Assembly (NCBI GenBank): GCA_000004985.1
Contig: GG738852.1
From: Naegleria gruberi
Lineage: Eukaryota
Direction: 5' to 3' (one strand)
Length of the DNA stretch: 64,000 nt
Below the pieces are notes generated by a model. It was not told the origin of the DNA. It searched no databases and saw only the letters and a program-made list of their open reading frames with translations. Shown here in pieces: positions 1 through 6,913 of this stretch (position 1 is its first letter; each line of letters starts with the position of its first letter). A program made the position numbers and the translations under genes.

Positions 1-125
1 TACAAATTTATTTCACAACAGTTGCCAATAGCTATAGAAAGCTGGCAAAATGATAATAAAATTATTTTCGTATTGATTGGTGTCACTACAATTATTTACA
101 ATCTCATCCTGCCACATTATTATAA

Positions 126-1448
126 TTACAATAAATGAACAATGACAAGGAATAAAGAAATTACCAAATAAATGGATAGAGAACTATGAGAAGCATTGGA
201 ATAGGTGAATGGAACAACTGCTGAAATTAAGTCATCTTGCAGAGTTGAATCAAAATCAAGAACTGTCCTAGTATTGTAATATGCTTCAACAATTGAAGAT
301 GAATTGAGCACATCAGTTTTTGTAACAAATGGATTCTTTTTCTTGTTATCTTCAGTAATAAGCATCAATGAAAGTGAGCTAGCCTCTCTTGTATTAAACG
401 TTACCAAACCAATTGAGTTTCCATACATCATGGAGAAGAAACGGAGAGTATATGCTTTGGTGGAAACACTAGCAGTAACTAAACTGGTTCCTGTCCAATA
501 AAATCTTTGATGTTCGTTAGTTACATCACATTCAGCGAAACCAATCTCATATAACTTGTCAATTTGATTGTATTGCTCAAATCTCTTGATACAAAGTCCA
601 AAAACCTCACTTACAACATACACACCAAATCCTGATGGGTGATTGTAAATTCTGAAATAATAATTGATATCACTAAGGATAAAATTTGAAGCATCTGTTG
701 CACTCATATAGTACATTGTTGTGGTATTTGGAATCAAATACTGTTGACCATTCGATGACAAGTAGTTATACAGAGTGGAGGAAACATTTTGCTTTGAACA
801 ACTCATTGCAAATTTCTCATTCACAATTGCAAATAATTGACCTGAAAATGCTTCAGGCAAATTACCTGGAATTGTAATCTTGAAGGAAGCAATACTATTC
901 AAACTAGGCTCAACCTTTGATGATGTGTCGACTTGAATTACATTGTACCCATCCCATAGTACATAAAACACTTTCGATAATTTGTCCACAATACAAATTT
1001 CCTTCCTATAATCAATTTCAGTTTCATTTTGATAAGGAACAGTACACCACGTGGAACGGTATTGGGCAGCCATCTGCTTTTTCCTCAACTTGACTTGCAC
1101 AGTTGAATTGTCTGTAACGTTCTTTAAAAAGATATCATAGGTTCCTATTCTTCCTCCATACGAGTATGTTATATCAGACCTATTTGTAACATTCTTCTTT
1201 GTTACTCTCCTTAAAACAAGAGCTGCTGCCTCATCCACATTCAAAACCATCATCCACCCTAGTATTATTATTATCATCGCTATAAGATAGGCATTTCTTC
1301 TCGTGGAGGAATAAGATCCCTTCCTATTCTCCAATGATATTGTACATTGTTTCATGGTATTATTATTAATTGATGATGATGATGGTGCCATTATCGTTCG
1401 TAACGTTGATTCCAAAACCTTATGATCGTTATTAAGGAAAAGAGTCAT
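126..1448 (-). CDS. Hypothetical heavily N-glycosylated membrane protein. An internal signal-anchor TM lies ~55 aa from the N-terminus, followed by a ~350 aa luminal domain with at least 9 N-x-S/T sequons, and a C-terminal hydrophobic segment.
   Basis: A 440-aa stop-free ORF. The ATG at 1446-1448 (minus strand) is preceded by an A8 run (tttttttt on the plus strand at 1449-1456), a typical dictyostelid aaaATG context. Hydrophobic stretches are AYLIAMIIIILGWMMVL near the N-terminus and LSIYLVISLFLVIVHLL at the C-terminus. Sequons seen include NVT, NRS, NST, NET, NVS, NTT, NSS and NAS. No family was recognised from memory. Confidence 0.55.
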   Translation of the reverse strand: MTLFLNNDHKVLESTLRTIMAPSSSSINNNTMKQCTISLENRKGSYSSTRRNAYLIAMIIIILGWMMVLNVDEAAALVLRRVTKKNVTNRSDITYSYGGRIGTYDIFLKNVTDNSTVQVKLRKKQMAAQYRSTWCTVPYQNETEIDYRKEICIVDKLSKVFYVLWDGYNVIQVDTSSKVEPSLNSIASFKITIPGNLPEAFSGQLFAIVNEKFAMSCSKQNVSSTLYNYLSSNGQQYLIPNTTTMYYMSATDASNFILSDINYYFRIYNHPSGFGVYVVSEVFGLCIKRFEQYNQIDKLYEIGFAECDVTNEHQRFYWTGTSLVTASVSTKAYTLRFFSMMYGNSIGLVTFNTREASSLSLMLITEDNKKKNPFVTKTDVLNSSSIVEAYYNTRTVLDFDSTLQDDLISAVVPFTYSNASHSSLSIYLVISLFLVIVHLL

Positions 1449-1644
1449 TTTTTTTGGACTTGGAACTCTTGAAATTGAACGGTTCTTCTAACATCTTGTT
1501 TGGATATAATTTCGTTAAGAAGCATAGAAGAAGGAATTGTGTTGATTTTTCACACCTGCATGAATCATATATTAATTTCAACAATTGTTTTTTTAAAAAG
1601 GGTAATGCACAATTACATTTTATATCATGTTGTTTTGTTGAAAT

Positions 1645-3204
1645 TTAGAACAACAAGAAGGAGAGGATAGTAAGGATCATCAAAACCAAAGAGTAGGTAA
1701 CAGTATTAGAACCAGAGAGAATCTTTGGCAAGATAACATTTGGAGTTGGAGTACCAGTAAATGAGAAACCATCAATATCAGCAGCAGTCCACTTGTCAGA
1801 ATTTCCATTATACAAACATCTCATCAAATTGGTATAGTATGATCCACAGGTCTTATAGAGGGAACTTTCAGTATCAAGGAATGGAGAATCAACATCAGCT
1901 CTAGACAAGGAGAGTAAGCTTGCGATTAATGGATCAGTAAGACTTGAAACAAAGTTATTGTAAACACAGAATTGGAGATCCATGAGATAACCTGGACAAT
2001 TGGTGGCAACGTTATGGAGACAGACACCAGCAGTATCAGTACCCTTATTACAAATACAATTTGGACAAGTGTTAACAGAGGTGACACCATCACAAGAAAC
2101 AGCTGGAGCAGTCTTACAGACACCTTCAGAAGGATGGCAATAACCAGAGTGACAATTGGCATCCTTTTCACATTTTTGACCATTGATGATACCATATTGA
2201 CGAACGCATCTTTGATTGGCACAAATAACCAATTCTGTTGACACTATACTTCCACCAATTGCAAAGGCCGAGTTCAAATAGCAATCCGAATCAGCTGCAC
2301 AATAATCACTCAAAGCAGCTGGTGTTTGACAGACACGAGATGCCTTTGGAGCAGATGAACGACAAGTCAAAGTGTTGGTACACTCAACAATAGCTTGACA
2401 AGTGTCACCAGATTTCTTCAAAGTAGTACAGACATTATTGAGACAGTCGCCACTCTTACATTGAGCGTGAGTATCACAATAGGATCCATCAGCCAATTTA
2501 GCAACACAAATTCCAAGAGTTGAATTACAGAACATTTGACTGTTATCTTCACAGGTATCATAAGTTCTAGTAGTATTATCAGTGGTGATACAAGATTTAC
2601 CAAGAGCAACAGTTTTTGGAGCATAACAATAACTAAAGCTAGAAAAGGTGGTACCAGTTTGAATTCTTTCAGGGAGACATCTGAGATTAGAGTCCTTCTT
2701 ACAAGTAACAGTTAAACTATCAAAGGTAACTCCACAACGTTCTCCTTGAGAGGCAGTATATAAGACATTTGTGATACACTTATTGGTATTCAAATCACAT
2801 CTACCACCAAGACATTGGTTGCCATAATCACAACTGTCGCCTGGCAATCTTGTACCATAACGAATGCAACGACCAGAAAAACATTGGGCTCTCAACTTGC
2901 TGAAATAAGAAGTTGTACCATCCATATTGGAAACATAACAATCAGCATCGGTACGACAAGCTTGTTTCTTATTGATTGGAGTGATCATATCATTGACCTT
3001 TCTACAGACGAAGGTCTTGGTTGGTGGTGTAGCAAAGTCGGTAACTTGTGTATTAACATAACCAATTGGGCAAAGATAGGTACTAGTGGTTGGAGAGAGA
3101 CCTGCTTGATCTGTACATGCCTGACCTTCAGCAAATAAAACAAGAGCTGAGAGTATTAGACCAACAATGAGCAAATAGTTGGCAAGTGATGATGGTGGAG
3201 ACAT
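1645..3204 (-). CDS. Secreted cysteine-rich repeat protein, probably GPI-anchored. It has a signal peptide, about 7 repeats of a G-[DK]-S-C-x5-C-x3-4-C-x5-7-C module, and a C-terminal hydrophobic GPI-type signal.
   Basis: The ORF-track ORF 1645..3390 begins with TTG (reverse complement of 3388-3390 is ttg), so I trimmed to the first plausible ATG at 3202-3204. That gives MSPPSSLANYLLIVGLILSALVLFAEGQAC, a textbook signal peptide. Repeated modules include GDSCDYGNQCLGGRCDLNTNKC, DGSYCDTHAQCKSGDCLNNVC and GQKCEKDANCHSGYCHPSEGVC. The C-terminus SGSNTVTYSLVLMILTILSFLLF ends at a TAA at 1645-1647. The repeat spacing resembles the Dickkopf N-terminal / colipase-like Cys module; this is from memory and unverified. 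Confidence 0.65.
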   Translation of the reverse strand: MSPPSSLANYLLIVGLILSALVLFAEGQACTDQAGLSPTTSTYLCPIGYVNTQVTDFATPPTKTFVCRKVNDMITPINKKQACRTDADCYVSNMDGTTSYFSKLRAQCFSGRCIRYGTRLPGDSCDYGNQCLGGRCDLNTNKCITNVLYTASQGERCGVTFDSLTVTCKKDSNLRCLPERIQTGTTFSSFSYCYAPKTVALGKSCITTDNTTRTYDTCEDNSQMFCNSTLGICVAKLADGSYCDTHAQCKSGDCLNNVCTTLKKSGDTCQAIVECTNTLTCRSSAPKASRVCQTPAALSDYCAADSDCYLNSAFAIGGSIVSTELVICANQRCVRQYGIINGQKCEKDANCHSGYCHPSEGVCKTAPAVSCDGVTSVNTCPNCICNKGTDTAGVCLHNVATNCPGYLMDLQFCVYNNFVSSLTDPLIASLLSLSRADVDSPFLDTESSLYKTCGSYYTNLMRCLYNGNSDKWTAADIDGFSFTGTPTPNVILPKILSGSNTVTYSLVLMILTILSFLLF

Positions 3205-3412
3205 CTTGTTGACGTTTTTTTTGAAAGATGAATGCAAACGTTCTGTGAAAAGCAACAGCCAATGTGATTCTCTTCTAGAACACGCTTGATGATGGATGAC
3301 AGTCATGAGGGTGTTGATCTGTGTGTTGGGTAAATTGGTTACCCGATCTATCAACAACATGTTTATTGTAAACAATTTTCTATCAGTCAATTGGATGAAA
3401 AGGAGAATAAAA

Positions 3413-4522
3413 TTATTCAGAAAGAATGGTGCTCTTTGAGACCAATGTGGATATTAATTGTTGAGATAGTTCTTCTCCTCTAACTGTTGAAAATTGACAT
3501 ACATAGTACGAATCAGTTTCTTGTAACTTTCCAGAGTTGAGCAAGAGTTCTGCCTTTTCTTTTGGAAGAATTGAGTGGATACATTCTTTGGCAATATTCA
3601 TTTGTTTGATTGGAAGGAGAAGACGAGTAGTGCTGGTAATGAAAACTTCCTCAAATTCCAATAAATTTGCCAAGTTAGGAGCTGTAATTTCGTATTGATC
3701 TTGATTGAGGAGAGTGTTCATATCAGTTTCCAATTTCAAATCTAGAGAATCCTCTACTGGACCAGGAATTACTGCAGCTCTAGTAGAACCAATTAAAACT
3801 CCTTCATTAGCTGTTTGTGTTTTTCCATTTGATTTGAGAATGGCAAAAAAGTTTGATGAAATTCCCTCTCTCAGAGAGCCATCTTCTTCACACATGATAA
3901 CTTCATTCGAAGTTTTAAGCTTCTTATGACCTAATTGACTTCTTTCAATTGCCCAATAAGTATCCTTGACATTTCCCCAATGAAATCTACTTCCTGGATG
4001 AACATCTACATGAATGGTTTTTGGAGTATTTGGCATTGGACACAAGTGAAGATAAATATTATATTTCGATGACGAATCTTGAATGGATTCACGATTAATA
4101 CTTTCAGGATATGAGTATCTATTTGGAAAAACAATCACCAATGTGATTTTGAATTCCAAATTTTCATCTTTGAATTGGTAGAAATCCTTCAATTTTTCAA
4201 TTCCTGCCTTGGTCATTTCTCTAATGGTTTGTGTGAATGATTCGAGTTGGAATAAGTCTTTCAATGGATAGTGACCTTCCTCCTGTGCAAACTCATCAGT
4301 ATTGGCATTCAAATTGGATTTAAAATGTTGCAACATTTTCAAAGAGGTGTAAATTAATCTATGAATATGAAAAGCAAACTCGAATACTGCCTTTCCATTG
4401 AGGGTACTTCTTGCAGTTGTGTAGGCTCCTCTCATCATTTGAAGTAGATCATGAGCTGAGTACGGAACAGATTTGCATTCTGCAATAATTCCGTTCTTGA
4501 TGAGAAGGTTCTGGCTTTCCAT
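3413..4522 (-). CDS. Aminotransferase class IV (PLP fold-type IV)-like protein, the family that includes D-amino-acid / branched-chain aminotransferases and aminodeoxychorismate lyase.
   Basis: The ORF-track start at 4537 is TTG; the first ATG is at 4520-4522 (MESQNLLIKNG...). Fold-type IV hallmarks are present in order: REGISSNFFAI (E-x-[ST]-x-SN-[IVLF]-F), GVLIGSTRAAVI (L-x-G-x-TR) and EVFITSTTRLLLPIKQM (E-x-F-[ILV]-T-[GS]-T). The assignment rests on motif memory rather than a search. TAA stop at 3413-3415. Confidence 0.55.
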   Translation of the reverse strand: MESQNLLIKNGIIAECKSVPYSAHDLLQMMRGAYTTARSTLNGKAVFEFAFHIHRLIYTSLKMLQHFKSNLNANTDEFAQEEGHYPLKDLFQLESFTQTIREMTKAGIEKLKDFYQFKDENLEFKITLVIVFPNRYSYPESINRESIQDSSSKYNIYLHLCPMPNTPKTIHVDVHPGSRFHWGNVKDTYWAIERSQLGHKKLKTSNEVIMCEEDGSLREGISSNFFAILKSNGKTQTANEGVLIGSTRAAVIPGPVEDSLDLKLETDMNTLLNQDQYEITAPNLANLLEFEEVFITSTTRLLLPIKQMNIAKECIHSILPKEKAELLLNSGKLQETDSYYVCQFSTVRGEELSQQLISTLVSKSTILSE

Positions 4523-4669
4523 GATGTGTAAATGCAACTTTGCAGATTGTGGTAATTTTTTTTATGAAAGACCAAAACAAATCAAAACAACGAAAAGACA
4601 GCCGTGGTTTATTTGGTATTCTTCTTTTACAGTTGCTTTATTTCAGCTTACCAAAAGCAAAAAGGAAGC

Positions 4670-4673
4670 AAAA
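4670..4673 (-). terminator. Pol III terminator T-run (TTTT) immediately 3' of the tRNA.
   Basis: The minus strand after the discriminator A(4676) reads AA-TTTT-GC (plus strand 4668-4675 is gcaaaatt). A run of four or more T residues is the canonical Pol III terminator. Confidence 0.5.
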
Positions 4674-4675
4674 TT

Positions 4676-4766
4676 TGATGAGTGTGGGATTTGAACCCAC
4701 GCCCTTGCGGAACACGGTATTAATCATACCTTAACGTGTCGTCTTAGACCACTCGACCAACTCACC
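4676..4766 (-). tRNA. tRNA-Leu (anticodon AAG), a class II tRNA with a long variable arm and an ~11-nt intron 3' of position 37.
   Basis: The minus strand reads GGTGAGT-TG-GTCG-AGTGGTCTAA-GACG-ACACG-TTAAGG[TATGATTAATA]C-CGTGT-TCCGCAAGGGC-GTGGG-TTCAAAT-CCCAC-ACTCATC-A. The 7-bp acceptor stem contains one G-U pair. T-arm is GTGGG/TTCAAAT/CCCAC. The anticodon stem ACACG/CGTGT flanks loop TTAAGG plus an extra 11 nt at the canonical intron site. The overall pattern is near-identical to human tRNA-Leu-AAG (GGTAGCGTGGCCGAGCGGTCTAAGGCGCTGGATTAAGGC...GTGGGTTCGAATCCCAC). Confidence 0.8.
4687..4759 (-). promoter_or_regulatory. Internal RNA polymerase III promoter of the tRNA-Leu gene (A box and B box).
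   Basis: A box TGGTCGAGTGG (tRNA positions 8-18; plus-strand coordinates 4749-4759) matches the TRGCNNAGTGG consensus. B box GGTTCAAATCC (plus-strand coordinates 4687-4697) matches GGTTCGANTCC. Confidence 0.7.
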
Positions 4767-4938
4767 ATCGATTACGTATAAAATTATTTTCATAATATCA
4801 TCAAGCGTTGAAAAACAAATAATTCCTTTGGGGTACTGTTTAAAATCTTGGTTCTATTGTTTTAAATTTAAATACCAAACACTAATTTATTTATTGAAAA
4901 ATCAATTATTTAATTAAATAATAAAAAATATTCTCATC

Positions 4939-5261
4939 ATGTTCTTCAAGAGTACAGGTTCAGCAGTCTTTAAGGCCACCAGAAAGGCTTGTTCATCAAT
5001 TAAAATCAACAACGGAATGAGTGCCAATCGCATGTTCTCTACATCATGTGTTGCCAACAAGACCTTCTCTCTCACCAATTCTACCACTAGTAATAACGGA
5101 GTTGTTTTCTCTGGAAGCTCTATGAAGTTTAACAACTTGTGTATTAAAGGATTAAATCAAAATTGGTATGTAATAATCACTCTATCAATATATTTAATAA
5201 TTATAATAGTACAATTGCCCAACAAGAACTCTTCCTTTCTCTTGATGATGATGATGCGTAA
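4939..5261 (+). CDS. Small hypothetical protein, probably in two exons. Exon 1 is 4939-5165. A GTATGT intron follows. The best-guess exon 2 is 5210-5261, giving ~92 aa ending ...ELFLSLDDDDA.
   Basis: The ATG at 4939 sits in aaaaaatattctcatcATG context. Exon 1 is rich in C-ending codons (ttc, aag, acc, gcc, aac), as in expressed dictyostelid genes. A consensus donor aattg|GTATGT at 5166 is followed by very AT-rich sequence. The candidate acceptor ttataatAG at 5208-5209 restores frame to a TAA at 5259-5261. An alternative acceptor aacaatAG at 5324-5325 would give a 160-nt intron and a 2-codon second exon. The N-terminus MFFKSTGSAVFKATRKA is basic/hydroxylated, resembling a mitochondrial presequence. 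An AATAAA lies at 5361-5366, downstream. Confidence 0.4.
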
Positions 5262-5519
5262 TTTTCATTCAATTTTATATATAAATTCATTACTTTATTC
5301 TCTCGACCTAGATTCCTAACAATAGTTCATAATTTGATTGCATTTGAATGTACTCAAACTGTGGTGGCTAATAAAACTCTAATAATTTATTCATAATGCA
5401 TCGAGAAGATTAAATCTATATAAATCTAATATATTTGATATTAAGAATATACCCTAATGAAGAATAATTTCTTATTAGAATGTGAATAGTGTGGAAAAAT
5501 GAAAACGAAATAACATCAT

Positions 5520-6110
5520 TTATGATTTCACTTGACAGAACAAGTCCTTTCCAAATATTACCATTAAAATAATGAGGATTGCAACCAAAAGTAGTATTGG
5601 AATGATGATTGCTGCTACTATACAAAAAACTTGTCTCTTCCCACAACCAACACTTTGTTTCGCTTTTTTACACTCGTTCAATTCATTTTCGAGAGCCTTA
5701 TTCTTTTCCTTGAGTTGGATTATTTCAGATTTTAATGAACTCACAAAAGAGTCGACTTCCTTTAAAATTTCTTGTTGCTTTTCTATAAAACTGTTCCTGT
5801 ATCTGAGAGCCTGCTGCAGAGCATCAGAGGCAGTTTGTACAGTCGAGATATTTGTCATGTAGGATGGAGTTGTGCTGGAACTATTTGAAGATTTCCCCAA
5901 CAAGTAGTCACTCTCCGAAATTGTTATTGATTTATTGTCAACAACTGCAGGAAGAGGTTCCTTTCTTTGCACACCTTGTAAGGTATATTGAAAATTTGCT
6001 CTGCTCCTATTCTCATAATATATAGAGTCGTCTTCTTCCGCATCAATTTCCTCTCTCGTAGTCTTGCTTAACAAGGGTTGTTTAAGGCTCATTTTTTTAA
6101 GGAGTTGCAT
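5520..6110 (-). CDS. Tail-anchored coiled-coil membrane protein with SNARE-like topology: a ~55-aa heptad/coiled-coil segment directly precedes a C-terminal TM. Function unknown.
   Basis: The ORF-track start at 6203 is TTG; the first ATG is at 6108-6110 (MQLLKKMSLKQPLL...). An acidic stretch (EEIDAEEDD) is followed by ALQQALRYRNSFIEKQQEILKEVDSFVSSLKSEIIQLKEKNKALENELNECKKAKQ and then the TM VFCIVAAIIIPILLLVAILIILMVIF, with a short luminal tail. TAA stop at 5520-5522. Confidence 0.55.
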   Translation of the reverse strand: MQLLKKMSLKQPLLSKTTREEIDAEEDDSIYYENRSRANFQYTLQGVQRKEPLPAVVDNKSITISESDYLLGKSSNSSSTTPSYMTNISTVQTASDALQQALRYRNSFIEKQQEILKEVDSFVSSLKSEIIQLKEKNKALENELNECKKAKQSVGCGKRQVFCIVAAIIIPILLLVAILIILMVIFGKDLFCQVKS

Positions 6111-6269
6111 TTCATATTTTTCAGCGCTCAGTGAAGGTGGTCGAGTGCAATATATTGGATTGGTAGTTCTTGCTCTGAAACTATTTACGACGATATCAGT
6201 CAACTGTAATGATAATAAAATTAAATTGTTTATCTATGTACAAATATTGTCAAAATTGAAACGAGCATT

Positions 6270-6828
6270 TTAAACTGATTGAGATCCGCCTCTAGAGAAC
6301 ATACTTTCAGTACTAAATACTTTAGATAAAATAGTTTGAAGTAATCCTCTTTCAATAATAAAGTTCTTCAATTCACCACTAGTGTCAATTCTAGAACACT
6401 TGACGAATCCATAGAGTTGAATACATGTCAGAACCAATGCAAAAAGTACAACAATAATCCATTGGAAATTAAATCTAATAAAGCACACAAGTGAAAGTAA
6501 GATCCAAATTACTGGCTGAGCATAGAGTGATGTCCAGAAAATATACTTATCCAACTTGTGAATATTCTTCGAGTCGGATTTGTTTTCAAATCTCCAAACA
6601 CTTGTTCCATCGTCCTTAATGTCATTCCACCATCTAAGAGCAACAAGAATTCTTCCTGTAACGTTTTTAACTGTCCAAAAATCAAATGAAAGTAAAAGTA
6701 CAACTAGAACAAATACTAGTACAAAGTTATCAGTAAAAATCGTCAAAAACAAATAACAGAGAAGAGCAGCCACTTTAAAGAATAAATGGAAAAAGCAAAT
6801 GATTGGATGTCCACATGGGCAACCTCTA
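6270..6828 (-). CDS. TVP23: Golgi apparatus membrane protein TVP23 / FAM18 homolog. This is the 3' main exon; the initiator ATG lies on an unresolved upstream exon.
   Basis: The strings [33 protein letters not shown] and FWTSLYAQPVIWILL match the TVP23 family core (yeast [26 protein letters not shown]; human [32 protein letters not shown]). The ORF-track 'M' at 6771-6773 is actually GTG. The frame stays open upstream of it and encodes GCPCGHPIICFFHLFFKVAALL, which matches human HPVASFFHLFFRVSAII. The open frame then hits TAA TAA at 6837-6842 with no ATG, so a splice acceptor around 6826-6830 is required. Confidence 0.7.
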
Positions 6829-6913
6829 CTCCAAAGTTATTAAATGATAGTTAATAGTAATATTAAATCAATACAAGTTTCCAAGAATTGTTGACTTTGT
6901 ACAAATTGTTCAT

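Noticed and set aside
304-501. Short plus-strand ORFs at 304-501, 686-877, 1972-2241, 2815-3138 and 3705-3929, plus the minus-strand ORFs 1926-2222 and 2418-2624.
   Set aside because: All lie antisense or out-of-frame inside the long, well-supported minus-strand CDSs at 126-1448, 1645-3204 and 3413-4522. Their products are low-complexity (for example ILLKVSVRLLQLFLV) and have no start context or independent support.
1454-1648. 64-aa plus-strand ORF in the spacer between the two minus-strand glycoprotein genes.
   Set aside because: It occupies the 196-bp promoter/3'-UTR spacer. Its product is Cys/Phe-rich low-complexity with no signal, and a divergent gene here would leave no promoter for the gene at 126-1448.
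4473-4734. Plus-strand ORFs 4473-4694 and 4540-4734 (peptide ends ...SVGFEPTPLRNTVLIIP).
   Set aside because: They are read through the antisense of the tRNA-Leu gene and the aminotransferase 5' end. The structured tRNA on the opposite strand explains the open frame.
4767-4938. Possible TRE/DIRS-type retrotransposon remnant or target-site duplication next to the tRNA gene.
   Set aside because: The flanks are short unique AT-rich spacer with no direct or inverted repeats, no ORF fragments and no poly-A tract; nothing visible supports an insertion.
4914-5135. Minus-strand 73-aa ORF antisense to the small plus-strand gene.
   Set aside because: The plus-strand frame has the A-rich ATG context, codon bias and a GTATGT donor; the minus-strand frame has none of these.
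5416-5862. ORFs 5416-5646 (minus) and 5572-5862 (plus).
   Set aside because: The first is a different-frame overlap with the 3' end and 3' UTR of the tail-anchored gene. The second is antisense to its coiled-coil region (coiled-coil codons often leave the antisense frame open).
6064-6273. Plus-strand 69-aa ORF spanning the F-gene 5' region and the TVP23 3' end.
   Set aside because: It is antisense to two supported minus-strand genes and their 160-bp spacer, and shows no coding features.
6509-6703. Minus-strand 64-aa ORF inside TVP23 in another frame.
   Set aside because: It is an out-of-frame overlap with the conserved TVP23 reading frame.
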